A stretch of 54,892 nucleotides of DNA from a candidate division CPR3 bacterium GWF2_35_18 (GCA_001771135.1 MESW01000008.1:153630-208521); one strand, 5' to 3'. Counted from the first letter of the stretch, positions 1 to 9,234 are shown. Translations and numbers: made by a program. Notes: generated from the sequence alone by a model not told the origin.

Positions 1-99
1 ATTTATAGATACAAAAAATTAGTCCCAACACGAGTATGAAAGGGTTTTGAAACAACAATTATGATGGAATAAATTAATAGTATTCATAGTTTTTATTTA

Positions 100-183
100 T
101 GGGCGAGAGAGGACTCGAACCTCCAAGGATTTAACTCCATATGGTCCTAAGCCATACGCGTATACCAATTCCGCCACTCGCCC
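100..183 (-). tRNA. tRNA-Leu (anticodon UAG), class II with long variable arm
   Basis: The reverse complement folds as a cloverleaf. Acceptor GGGCGAG/CTCGCCC; anticodon arm TATGG-CTTAGGA-CCATA; 15-nt variable arm; T-arm GGAGG-TTCGAGT-CCTCT. Total 84 nt, no encoded CCA. Confidence 0.85.
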
Positions 184-223
184 GAAACATCTGCGTGAAG
201 ATTATACAAGAAAAAACTGTAGA

Positions 224-1084
224 TTAAAAGTTTTTACTCTTATTTAGTACCAAATCTTTGACTTTTTCGTGTGTTTGCCATTCCAAACTATCATCAAGCG
301 GTTGTATCTTTGTTTCACCATATTTAATTTCCAGAGCTTTAGAGATTAAAAAGTCAGCAACGTGTGGGTTTTTAATTAAAAACCCGTGGAGGTAAGTTCC
401 AAGGAAGTTATTACTAACTATTCCTTCGGTTTCATCTTCACCGTTATTCCCCCACCCCTTTATTACCTTTCCAAGGTTCTTATCTTTTCCACTCAAAAAA
501 TAGGTGCGGCCGCCGTGGTTTTCAAAACCAACTAAAGTAGTTACAGGTTTGGAAATTTTATTTATCTCGGTTTGAAATTCATTATTTATTTCCGTAACAA
601 TATTACCGATACAGCGAGGTTTTTTATTTCCGTAGTGAATTGTGTACTGAGGGAAGATTTTTAAGCCCGGAATATCCGCGCCTTTTCCGGGTGTGAATTT
701 AAAGCTAGACATCTTTTTTTCAAAGTTTGCGGGGTTAAATTCATTAAACTCATCATCACAAAGAGGGTGATAAAAATGCCCCAGGAGTTGGTAACCGCCG
801 CAAGCAAAAAGACCCGGAATTCCTTTTTGGTGTGCTTCCTGTAAGATTTTTCTTTTGTTATTAAGCATATCCTGAACAACGATAGCTTGTTGTCGATCTT
901 GGCCACCACCCATTAATATAATATCGACTTTTTGTAATTTGATCGTGTTGTCAAAATTAATCTCCAGAATTTCCGTTTTTATTCCCCGCCATTCGATTCT
1001 TTTTTTGAGGGTTAAAACATTTCCGTAATCTCCGTAAATGCTCATTAAATTTGGATAAAGCCAAGCGATTGTAATCTTTTTCAT
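224..1084 (-). CDS. gatD: Lipid II isoglutaminyl synthase glutaminase subunit GatD (CobB/CobQ-like GATase)
   Basis: The N-terminus YPNLMSIYGDYGNV...ILMGGGQDRQQ...GIPGLFACGGYQLLG closely resembles the staphylococcal GatD pattern, including the catalytic Cys in CGGYQ. The gene shares an operon with murT. Confidence 0.8.
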   Translation of the reverse strand: MKKITIAWLYPNLMSIYGDYGNVLTLKKRIEWRGIKTEILEINFDNTIKLQKVDIILMGGGQDRQQAIVVQDMLNNKRKILQEAHQKGIPGLFACGGYQLLGHFYHPLCDDEFNEFNPANFEKKMSSFKFTPGKGADIPGLKIFPQYTIHYGNKKPRCIGNIVTEINNEFQTEINKISKPVTTLVGFENHGGRTYFLSGKDKNLGKVIKGWGNNGEDETEGIVSNNFLGTYLHGFLIKNPHVADFLISKALEIKYGETKIQPLDDSLEWQTHEKVKDLVLNKSKNF

Positions 1085-1765
1085 TTAATTAACATCCTTT
1101 TTCATTTTGTGAAAAGCATACAGTGGGTACAAAATACTAGCAGCGTAATCAACTATTGTAATAGATGTTACCACTACCGTCATTAAAGTATATCTTTCAA
1201 AGGTTAGAAAATAGATAAAGTAGTAAGTTAAAATTGTGTTCGGAATAAATCCAAATAAAGAAATTATTACATATTGGGGAATTGTAATTTTCGTAAGTCC
1301 GGCAGCTAAAGAAAGTGGATCTGTAGGAGGTCCACCCAAAAATCTAATTATGGTAAAATTCTTAAGATTGAGTATTTTCAAAAGCGCTTTTGTCTTTTTA
1401 ATCGTTTTATCTCCCCCAATTTTCCTGATAATCGGTTCTCCCCATCTTCTCACTAAAAGAAAATTTATAATATGTCCAAGATAATTTCCGATGTAGACAT
1501 AAATTAAACCCCATTTTTCTCCAAAGATCCACATTCCAGCGACCCAAAACGTAGGGGCTGCTACAAAAGCAACCACTGTTGTCAAAGCCGTGAGTGAGAT
1601 AAAAGCAATCGGAGTAAAAATTCCAAAAGACAAGATAATCGGTTTGATAAATTCGACCGTAATGTGTCTTTCTAAAAGATAAAAGAATAAAACTAAAAGT
1701 AATAATCCTATCAAAAGAAGAATATTTTTTTTGGTCAAAAGATCTTTTATCGAAGATTTTTGCAT
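1085..1765 (-). CDS. TVP38/TMEM64 (DedA-related, SNARE-associated) family membrane protein
   Basis: Multi-TM protein carrying the family motif FGEKWGLIYVYIGNYLGHIINFLLVRRWG. It abuts gatD with no gap and sits 8 nt from murT. Confidence 0.65.
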   Translation of the reverse strand: MQKSSIKDLLTKKNILLLIGLLLLVLFFYLLERHITVEFIKPIILSFGIFTPIAFISLTALTTVVAFVAAPTFWVAGMWIFGEKWGLIYVYIGNYLGHIINFLLVRRWGEPIIRKIGGDKTIKKTKALLKILNLKNFTIIRFLGGPPTDPLSLAAGLTKITIPQYVIISLFGFIPNTILTYYFIYFLTFERYTLMTVVVTSITIVDYAASILYPLYAFHKMKKDVN

Positions 1766-1773
1766 AATTTTAA

Positions 1774-3129
1774 TTACTTAAATGAACTTCCGGTTAAAAT
1801 TTTCCGCACCTCCAACATGGCAGTGTATGTGGAGAGAATATATAAAGTTTCTGTCGTTGGAGTTTTTGTTAATGCCTTAAAAATGGCAGTTTTAATATCA
1901 GTTTCAATGTTACTCATCTTCATTGTTTGATTACACATCTCATATTTTAGTCTTAAAGCCATATCATATGCACGAGTACCGGAGATCGTCAGATTCATAT
2001 GAGGAAAGTGAAGTGGAGAGAAATCAATATCAGCAATCCAAGAAACATCTTCTCCGTCAGCAATTTTATCATTCAGGATCATGAGCACATTTTGAGGGTT
2101 TTTCAAGGCGATTGTTTCAATTGACTGCGAGAATCCAGTAGGATTTTTTGAGAGCAAGAGGAATACATTTTTATCGTTGACCTTAATTATTTCTTGTCTG
2201 CCAAAACTTGGTTGAAACGCAGAAATGGTTGCAGATACTTTTTCCGGATCCAAATTCAATTTTCTCACGGTTAAATAGGCCGCGAGGATATTGTAAACGT
2301 TGTAAGTTCCGATTAAATTTGTTTTCAAAGAAACTTCTTTTTTACCTATAACTTTGATTTCAGTTTTATCTTTGTCCATAGAGACTTTGGTTGCGGCAAG
2401 ATCTAGAAGCGGATTATGGCTTTTACAGTTTGGGCAGGAGAATAGTCCTAGATGGGAATAAAAGTATTGTTTGTAATTAAGTTGAGTCAGACATATCGGA
2501 CAGTAAGTAGAATCAGCGTAGTGTTTTCCTTCTGTTTTTACGCTCGGGTCGGTGATACCGTAAAAAGCAGTTTGTAGATCTAAGTTTTTGTTTAGACAGG
2601 CAATCACTGGGTCATCAGCATTCAAAATAAGCTGCGTTTTTGGGTCAAGTTTTTGTAGTGACTCACACCACTTTTTGGTTAAATTATCGAGCTCTCCATA
2701 ACGGTCTAGCTGATCTCGGAAAAGATTATTAAGAACGATAATCTTAGGTTGCAACTCATTCATAACAAAAGGAAGAGCTGCTTCATCGACTTCAAAAACT
2801 CCGTAATCAGCTCGTATTTTCATCTCGAGATTACTGTTTTTGATGATAACCGAAGCAATTCCTCGTAGTAAATTAGAGCCTTCGATGTTATTGATAACAG
2901 AAAATCCTTGATCTCCGATAATCTTGGCGATCAGACTAGTGGTGGTGGTTTTTCCATTTGTCCCTGAAACTAAGATAACTCCTTTGGAGAAGCTACTTTT
3001 AAAATCATGGCAGAAATGAGGATTAAATTTTAAAGCAATTAATCCAGGAAGAGCAGTTGCTGAGCCTTTCCCAAGCATCTTTAAAATGAATGTCGTGAAT
3101 TTACCAACAACAATTAATACAAAATTCAT
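1774..3129 (-). CDS. murT: Lipid II isoglutaminyl synthase ligase subunit MurT (Mur ligase family)
   Basis: P-loop SGTNGKTTTTSLI, Mur-ligase motif NLFRDQLDRYGE, the MurT-typical Cys4 ribbon CPIC...CPNC, and a C-terminal DUF1727-like region. Confidence 0.8.
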   Translation of the reverse strand: MNFVLIVVGKFTTFILKMLGKGSATALPGLIALKFNPHFCHDFKSSFSKGVILVSGTNGKTTTTSLIAKIIGDQGFSVINNIEGSNLLRGIASVIIKNSNLEMKIRADYGVFEVDEAALPFVMNELQPKIIVLNNLFRDQLDRYGELDNLTKKWCESLQKLDPKTQLILNADDPVIACLNKNLDLQTAFYGITDPSVKTEGKHYADSTYCPICLTQLNYKQYFYSHLGLFSCPNCKSHNPLLDLAATKVSMDKDKTEIKVIGKKEVSLKTNLIGTYNVYNILAAYLTVRKLNLDPEKVSATISAFQPSFGRQEIIKVNDKNVFLLLSKNPTGFSQSIETIALKNPQNVLMILNDKIADGEDVSWIADIDFSPLHFPHMNLTISGTRAYDMALRLKYEMCNQTMKMSNIETDIKTAIFKALTKTPTTETLYILSTYTAMLEVRKILTGSSFK

Positions 3130-3178
3130 AATTATAGTCTATCAATTTAAAGGGAAAAATGAAAATATAGATAAGAAA

Positions 3179-3907
3179 TTAGAGTTTTGAAAATTGTGAG
3201 ATCTCCCATTGGAAAAATTCCACTCCGTCACGCCAGGCATGACGTTTGTTGGGATCTGGATTATAAGCACTCGGAGGAGTGTAGCTATATTCAATTTCCG
3301 CCACAGTATCAAGTCCCTTATCAAAGTAGTTTTCTCGGATGCCCTTTCCGACTTTATCAATTCCTTCATCCCAATTTTCGAATCTTAAGACCTGAGACCC
3401 GTAGATTCCCCATCCCCAACAGTTATGCGAATTACTCGGAATATTTTTTCCAAAGGTAGATTCTTTGCCGCAAATAGCTGGTAGCAGTGTCCAAGGGAGG
3501 TTGTATTTCTCCGCAACATCGATAAAGGTTTGAGCATGTGGAGCAAGTGGAGATTTTTGCCATTCTAGATATTGACGTAGCAGTGCGGTTTTTCCGTCAA
3601 GAGCCGTGATACTTTCTCCCAAAACCTGTCCTTCTGGAGGAGCCTGGCGATAGAGAGAATATTCAATGTAATGAGGAATACTTTGAGGAGAGTTCTCAGC
3701 CAGTTGCAGGGCAAATTCAGAATTATTAACTGCAAATAACAACCCAAAACTCGAAACTAAAGCAGTTACAAGAAGTATGGGTGAAAGTATGAGGCTGATT
3801 GTCCGGAACGTTTTTCGAGAAGGCAGTTTGATCATGGTCAAAATGATTAAAACTGAGTAAATTTTTACAGCAAGTAAATTATACTCATAAATTTCGAAAA
3901 ATTGCAA
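3179..3907 (-). CDS. Membrane-anchored lysozyme-like / glucosaminidase-like cell-wall hydrolase (putative)
   Basis: One TM anchor followed by CGKESTFG...CWGWGIY, which resembles lysozyme-like catalytic regions. The real start is probably the internal ATG at 3835 (MIKLPSRK...), because the ORF-track start is TTG. Confidence 0.4.
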   Translation of the reverse strand: MQFFEIYEYNLLAVKIYSVLIILTMIKLPSRKTFRTISLILSPILLVTALVSSFGLLFAVNNSEFALQLAENSPQSIPHYIEYSLYRQAPPEGQVLGESITALDGKTALLRQYLEWQKSPLAPHAQTFIDVAEKYNLPWTLLPAICGKESTFGKNIPSNSHNCWGWGIYGSQVLRFENWDEGIDKVGKGIRENYFDKGLDTVAEIEYSYTPPSAYNPDPNKRHAWRDGVEFFQWEISQFSKL

Positions 3908-4182
3908 ATTTGTACTTTTATTTATGAGTAAGAGAAAAATACCTTGATTAATTATAATTTAGATTTTCGATATATGCACAATGATCATTTACTTAAAAAG
4001 CAAATTTATGCCCATATAGCTCCATACTTCTAAATTTATTTAGAAATCTTGCTTTGTAACTTAATTTATTATTATATGGGTTAATACTCTCTTCGTTGTC
4101 GAAGCGGGCTCAACTACTTTTGTTATAATTAGAGTTAGTTATGTATATAAGTCATATTATGTAAAAAGATATAAACAATAAC

Positions 4183-5142
4183 TTAATGGTTTATAAATCC
4201 TATTGTAAGTTCTAAAATAAGAAAAGAAATATAAACTAAAATAAGAATTATTCCTTCCACAGTATCAAGCTTTCTTTCACTTCTTAAAAAGATATTAAAA
4301 AGAATTAAAATAACAACCATAAAAATTGCAGATGAATAAAAAATTGAAGGATTTTGGATTTGAATTGGATTTATTATCGCCGCAATTCCAAGGACTAAAT
4401 TGATATTTGTGATTACACTTCCCATAATATCGCCTAAAACCAATTCGGAGCGAGATTTTAGTACTGCTTGAGTTTCAAATATTAATTCCGGCATTGAAGT
4501 TCCCATCGCGACCAAGATTAAACCAACGAAAGTTAGAGAAAGATTTAAATTTAATGCAATTCTTTCAGATGAAACAAGTAACAGTTTGGAGCATCCCAAC
4601 AAAATCGCAATTCCAATACCAAATAGAATAAAATTTGTTATAACATTTTTTTTCGAGATACCGTTTTCTAAGGACTTGAATTCAGCTTTTTGTTTTAGTA
4701 GTCTGGAGATATACAAGATATAAAAGCAAACAAGAGCAAATCCTTCTAACCTTCCTAAGTAGCCATCTGCAAGAAGAACTAGCGGAAAACTTCCTAGTAC
4801 TAGCATATAAAGTGAGTCCCTTTTGGCGATAGTAGAGCGTACTCGAAGATTTCTAGCAATAATAATAGAAATTCCAATAACTAATGATAGATCAATAATG
4901 TTTGAACCAATAACGTTTCCCAGAACCAGTACAGATTCATTTGCAAGAGCTGCATTTATTCCAATCATAAGTTCTGGAAGAGAAGTTGCAGTAGCCATTA
5001 GCAGAAAACTAATTGCAAATTCGCTTAAGTGGAAAAATCGAGAAATAATTGTTAAAGATTTAATTAGAATTTGGGCTGATTTTGCCATAAGTATTCCGGA
5101 GATCAGAAGAACTAAAGCCCAAAAGACTGTGTTTAGAATCAT
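4183..5142 (-). CDS. Ca2+/Na+ antiporter, CaCA (YrbG-like) family
   Basis: About 10 TM segments and two alpha-repeat motifs: GNVIGSNIIDLSLVIG and GDIMGSVITNINLVLG. Confidence 0.8.
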   Translation of the reverse strand: MILNTVFWALVLLISGILMAKSAQILIKSLTIISRFFHLSEFAISFLLMATATSLPELMIGINAALANESVLVLGNVIGSNIIDLSLVIGISIIIARNLRVRSTIAKRDSLYMLVLGSFPLVLLADGYLGRLEGFALVCFYILYISRLLKQKAEFKSLENGISKKNVITNFILFGIGIAILLGCSKLLLVSSERIALNLNLSLTFVGLILVAMGTSMPELIFETQAVLKSRSELVLGDIMGSVITNINLVLGIAAIINPIQIQNPSIFYSSAIFMVVILILFNIFLRSERKLDTVEGIILILVYISFLILELTIGFINH

Positions 5143-5194
5143 ACCTAAAATTTTATAGGGATAAACTGTAATTGTAAAGAATTATCGGATTAAC

Positions 5195-5230
5195 AATAAA
5201 AAAAGGGGGTTCGTTTTACGAACCCCCTTT
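5195..5230 (-). terminator. Rho-independent terminator downstream of trxA
   Basis: Minus-strand hairpin AAAGGGGGTTCG-TAAAA-CGAACCCCC followed by TTTTTTTATT. Confidence 0.75.
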
Positions 5231-5256
5231 AAATTCTTAATGTTTTATTTAAGATC

Positions 5257-5577
5257 TTAATTTGTGTAATATTCTAGTTTGGATTTAAGCGTATCTTTTT
5301 GTTGAATACCAACCAATCTTTCAGATTCTTGACCATCTTTAAAGATTATCATGGTAGGAATGCTCATTACTCCATACTTTTCGGATTGTACGGGATTTTC
5401 ATCGACATTAAGTTTCGCGACTTTTGCTTTTCCATCCATATCTTTTCCAAGCTCTTCAATAATTGGACCCATGGTTTGACAAGGACCACACCAAGGTGCC
5501 CAAAAGTCAACTAAAGCAACTCCTTTATAGTTAGAGATTTCTTGTTCAAAATTTTGGTCTGTGACGTGTGTTTCCAT
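5257..5577 (-). CDS. trxA: Thioredoxin
   Basis: 106 aa with the WCGPC active site and typical thioredoxin length and context (VDFWAPWCGPC). Confidence 0.9.
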   Translation of the reverse strand: METHVTDQNFEQEISNYKGVALVDFWAPWCGPCQTMGPIIEELGKDMDGKAKVAKLNVDENPVQSEKYGVMSIPTMIIFKDGQESERLVGIQQKDTLKSKLEYYTN

Positions 5578-5587
5578 AAAACTCCTT

Positions 5588-5824
5588 TTAATTTCTTTTT
5601 AAAATTTCTTTCATAAATTTTAGCAATTTTGTTTGATCGTTATTCACTATACAAGTTTCTGATTCTTTTTCAAGCAAATTTAGATTTACTTCAGAAAGGG
5701 CATTACGTATAGCCGCAATTTGTTGTGTAATTTCAAGGCAATCACGTTTTTCTTCGACCATTTTTAGAATTCCGTTTATCTGTCCTTGAATTTTTTTGAG
5801 GCGAATTTCAGTATCATTATTCAT
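5588..5824 (-). CDS. CsoR/RcnR/FrmR-family repressor, CstR-like (Cys-x-Cys, lacks the Cu-ligand His)
   Basis: 78-aa DUF156-type helical protein. Cys29 and Cys58 have the family X-Z spacing of 29, but the Y position (residue 54) is Glu rather than His. It lies 10 nt upstream of trxA. Confidence 0.7.
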   Translation of the reverse strand: MNNDTEIRLKKIQGQINGILKMVEEKRDCLEITQQIAAIRNALSEVNLNLLEKESETCIVNNDQTKLLKFMKEILKRN

Positions 5825-5835
5825 AAGGAATATAC

Positions 5836-5854
5836 TATACCAGAGTATGGTATA
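5836..5854. promoter_or_regulatory. Palindromic operator candidate TATACCA-N5-TGGTATA upstream of the CstR-like/trxA operon
   Basis: Perfect 7-bp inverted repeat 12 nt upstream of the repressor start codon. The half-site ATACC/GGTAT matches the general CsoR-family operator style. Confidence 0.45.
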
Positions 5855-5955
5855 TTGTCAAGAGTTATTTTAAATATACTAAAGTATTTTTTCATTTTCA
5901 AGGGTAGACAAAAAGTTTATTTGCCGGTACAATAAACCTTCCGACTTTACTTTAA

Positions 5956-5998
5956 TATACCCAACTTCATTGAAATTACGAAATTATTGTTGGGTATA
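5956..5998. promoter_or_regulatory. Long-spacer inverted repeat, site A: TATACCCAAC-N23-GTTGGGTATA
   Basis: Perfect 10-bp arms. The right arm runs into TATAAC, which is -10-like. It ends 60 nt upstream of the ABC ATPase start. Related copies lie at 29482-29524 and 54708-54764. Confidence 0.45.
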
Positions 5999-6057
5999 AC
6001 CTGAATTATTAACATTGTTTTTTGTAAATTGGAGTAATTCAGATATAGAAATAACTT

Positions 6058-7011
6058 ATGGATAATATTTTAGAAGTTCAAAAATTAAAAAAAACTTTTT
6101 ACGAAACTAAATTGAAAAATTGGAAGTTTAAAAAAGTAAAAACAGAAGCAGTTAAAAATATCTCTTTTTCTTTGAAAAAAGGTGAAATTTTAGGACTGCT
6201 TGGTCCTAATGGAGCGGGAAAAACAACGACGATTCAGATGCTTTTGGGTGCTTTGACTCCAACTCAAGGAAAAATTAGCTATTTCGGGAAAGTATTTAAT
6301 GGTGAAGATCCAGAGATTTTGAAAAGAATTAATTTTTCTTCTGCTTATATTGAGCTTCCTTGGCGGATGAGTGTCTGGGAAAATTTGGATGTTTATGGAC
6401 GTATCTATGAAGTTCCCGATCGACAGAAACGGATTTTGAAACTTTTAAATCGGTTTGGAATTTTACAATTCAAAGACAGCATGATGCGTAAGTTATCAGC
6501 GGGGCAAACGACCAGGGTTGTTTTGGCCAAAGCTTTTTTGAATTATCCTGAAGTTATTTTGCTTGATGAGCCGACGGCTTCGCTGGACCCTGATATTGCT
6601 AAACAGATCCGGGAATTTTTACTGGAGCAACAGAAAGAATATGGAGTTTCGATGCTTTTTACTTCGCATAATATGAAAGAGGTTCAGGAGGTTTGTGATC
6701 GCGTTATTTTTATTAACCATGGTGAAATTGTCGCTGAGGATACACCGTTAGGATTATTAAAAAAATTCAGGGAAACTAGAGTAAGAATGTTGGTAAAAGA
6801 TTCTCGTGAAAAGCTAGAAAAGTATCTACATGAGAAGGGATACCATTCGATATGGAAGAAAGGTAAAGTCATAATTACCCTTGCCGAAGACAAAATTCCA
6901 GTTCTTCTTTATCGGATATCAGAGCTGGGAGTGAAATATCAAGATTTAGAAGTGATTCGTCCTGATTTGGAAGATTTCTTTTTATCGATTGCGGAAGGAG
7001 AAAAGAAATGA
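6058..7011 (+). CDS. ABC transporter ATP-binding protein (ABC-2 / drug-exporter type)
   Basis: Walker A GPNGAGKTT, signature LSAGQTTR, Walker B ILLDEPTASLD. Confidence 0.9.
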   Translation: MDNILEVQKLKKTFYETKLKNWKFKKVKTEAVKNISFSLKKGEILGLLGPNGAGKTTTIQMLLGALTPTQGKISYFGKVFNGEDPEILKRINFSSAYIELPWRMSVWENLDVYGRIYEVPDRQKRILKLLNRFGILQFKDSMMRKLSAGQTTRVVLAKAFLNYPEVILLDEPTASLDPDIAKQIREFLLEQQKEYGVSMLFTSHNMKEVQEVCDRVIFINHGEIVAEDTPLGLLKKFRETRVRMLVKDSREKLEKYLHEKGYHSIWKKGKVIITLAEDKIPVLLYRISELGVKYQDLEVIRPDLEDFFLSIAEGEKK

Positions 7012-7793
7012 ATTACCACCGAGTTTGGGGACTTGTTGTTCGACATCTATATAATTTTCGTCATAATTTAGATCGACTTTTTGACGGATTTTATTGGCCA
7101 GCGATCGATATTATTATTTGGGGTTTAACCTTCCGTTATGTGGAAAACGCTAATGTTGAGATTTCTAACGTACTTCTATTGATGTTATCGGGTCTCATCT
7201 TTTGGCAGGTAGTTTGGCGTGGTCAGTACGAGATGACCGTGAATTTTCTTGAAGAGATTTGGAACAAAAATTTAGTAAACTTATTTTCTTCACCTTTAAC
7301 TGTTAACGAATGGATGTCCGGATTAGTGATTTTAAGTATTCTGAAAATGATTGTCACGATAGCCTTTTCGATATTTTTAGCTTGGCTCTTATATGCAATT
7401 AATGTCTTTTCTTTTGGATTTTTAATTATTCCCTTTGTTTTCTTACTTCTAATGATGGGTTGGTGGGTTGGACTTTTTGTGGCTGGAATGCTGTCATACT
7501 TAGGCCAAAACTTACAGATTTTTGCCTGGGCAGGAGTTTTTATTCTTTTCCCTTTTTCTGCTATCTACTATCCAGTTTCAACTCTACCCTATTGGGCGCA
7601 AATTATTGCGAAATTAACCCCTTCTAGTTATATCTTTGAAGGAATGAGAGAAGTTGTTCTCCAAGGAAATATTAATTACCACAATTTAATAATTAGTTTT
7701 TGTTTGAATATTCTCTATTTAATCCTCTCAATTTTATTTTTTAAATTCATTTTTAAAAAGAGTAAAGAAAAAGGTTTGGCAAGATTAGAATAA
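7008..7793 (+). CDS. ABC-2 type transporter permease
   Basis: Six-TM protein whose start overlaps the ATPase stop by 4 nt (ATGA), indicating coupling. Typical ABC-2 architecture. Confidence 0.8.
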   Translation: MNYHRVWGLVVRHLYNFRHNLDRLFDGFYWPAIDIIIWGLTFRYVENANVEISNVLLLMLSGLIFWQVVWRGQYEMTVNFLEEIWNKNLVNLFSSPLTVNEWMSGLVILSILKMIVTIAFSIFLAWLLYAINVFSFGFLIIPFVFLLLMMGWWVGLFVAGMLSYLGQNLQIFAWAGVFILFPFSAIYYPVSTLPYWAQIIAKLTPSSYIFEGMREVVLQGNINYHNLIISFCLNILYLILSILFFKFIFKKSKEKGLARLE

Positions 7794-7804
7794 TATTTTT
7801 AACT

Positions 7805-8641
7805 ATGTCTAAATTATTGATTCCGATTATCTTTGTAACTTTAGTTCTAGGAGTTTTGTGGTTTTTTGTTTTTCCCGGTAAAGATCAAGAGATTTTTGAC
7901 TGGTTAAAAGACAAAGAATCCTCAATTTTTTCCGATGGGATTCTTCAAAATATTAAACAGAATGGATATGAATTAAAAGAATATGAATTTGTGAGTAGTC
8001 AGACTGATAAAAAATGGCGTTTAACCTTAATTAAATTTAACCCTCAAAATTTTAACTTCAAACTACTTCTTAATTTCGATCAATCTTTTGCGATATCCGA
8101 TATTTCAGAAGAAAACAGCTGTACAATTGCAGTTAACGGAATTTTTTATGATAAAAATTTTCAACCTTTAGGTCTCATTGTTTCTAATGGAGAGATTATT
8201 AATTCTCCTCATACTGGAGAACTTGGTAGTGGGGTCTTTTACGTTTCTTCCCAAAACAAAGCCGGAATTGTTTCCTTTTCAGATTATATCGTCGAAGATG
8301 ATAAAATTGCTTTTCAGTCCGGTCCGATAATTTTGAAACCTGACGGAGCTTCCGAAATCTTGAGTACCAGTAAAGGTATTGACGCTCGATCAATAATTGC
8401 GATAGATGAATTAAATAATGTTTATTTAGGGGTCGTTTATCCAAAAACAGATAAAAATTTAGTTGGGGCTAGTTTATATGAGTTAGCACAAGTTTTTCAA
8501 AATTCAGAAGAAAAATTGGGAGTGAAAATGAAATCGGTGCTCAATCTCGACGGTGGATCATCAACGGGATTATTTACTGAAGATTTTTATTTAGCAGAAA
8601 AAAACCTTCCAGAAAATGTGATTTGTCTCATAAAGAAATAA
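7805..8641 (+). CDS. Phosphodiester glycosidase family protein (DUF2233/NAGPA-like), membrane anchored
   Basis: N-terminal TM anchor. Motifs AVNGIFYD, FQSGPIIL and the C-terminal LNLDGGSSTGL are typical of this family. Confidence 0.6.
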   Translation: MSKLLIPIIFVTLVLGVLWFFVFPGKDQEIFDWLKDKESSIFSDGILQNIKQNGYELKEYEFVSSQTDKKWRLTLIKFNPQNFNFKLLLNFDQSFAISDISEENSCTIAVNGIFYDKNFQPLGLIVSNGEIINSPHTGELGSGVFYVSSQNKAGIVSFSDYIVEDDKIAFQSGPIILKPDGASEILSTSKGIDARSIIAIDELNNVYLGVVYPKTDKNLVGASLYELAQVFQNSEEKLGVKMKSVLNLDGGSSTGLFTEDFYLAEKNLPENVICLIKK

Positions 8642-8648
8642 AACCGTT

Positions 8649-9176
8649 TTAGATATCAAGTTTTTGAAAGTGAAATTTTTTGTTCAAGTATAGAGCTAAT
8701 TCGTAAACTCCAAAAAATATTCCGGTATAAAAGAGATCTCCTAATAAAGTGTTGCGGAAAAAAGGTATAGCAAGGGTATAACATTTAATTAGCCCGATCA
8801 AATTCAGCTCATACCATTTTCCTACCATCCAGACTCCAAAATTGGTAACAATAAAAAACAGAATGGAAGAGACTAAAGCTCCTCCGATAATTGGAAGTAT
8901 TCCTTTTCTGTTTCGAATATAAATTCCGATTAAAGAAATGATCAAAAAAGATCCCCAAGTGAAAAAAATGACATCATGTAATCCGATAAAAAAATCAGAG
9001 ATCACAATCATGATTAAAGAAACAAAAGGCGCGATCTTCGAGTTTAGTTTTACTCCCACAAAAAGAGCGATTGCCGCAATGGGAGTAAAATTCGCTGGAT
9101 GATCTAAAAATCGAGATAGAATTCCGAGACTGACTAAAACCAGAATTAAGATGTAGTTAAATTTTTGGTTGTGCAT
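8649..9176 (-). CDS. Integral membrane protein, ECF-S-component-like (DUF6580-like); candidate cobalamin transporter
   Basis: Five or six TM segments, motif FTPIAAIALFVG. The preferred start is the ATG at 9176, preceded by AAGGAG; the ORF-track start at 9218 lies in an intercistronic hairpin. It is the second gene of the riboswitch-controlled operon. Confidence 0.5.
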   Translation of the reverse strand: MHNQKFNYILILVLVSLGILSRFLDHPANFTPIAAIALFVGVKLNSKIAPFVSLIMIVISDFFIGLHDVIFFTWGSFLIISLIGIYIRNRKGILPIIGGALVSSILFFIVTNFGVWMVGKWYELNLIGLIKCYTLAIPFFRNTLLGDLFYTGIFFGVYELALYLNKKFHFQKLDI

Positions 9177-9234
9177 AAACTCCTTTTTTATGAATGCTTG
9201 TCGCCGGCAGACAAGCATTTCATGATAATTTTAA

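Noticed and set aside
9177-9218. The N-terminal extension (MLVCRRQAFIKKEF) of the membrane-protein ORF.
   Set aside because: The extension is encoded by the intercistronic palindrome AATGCTTGTC...GACAAGCATT. A strong SD (AAGGAG) precedes the internal ATG at 9176.
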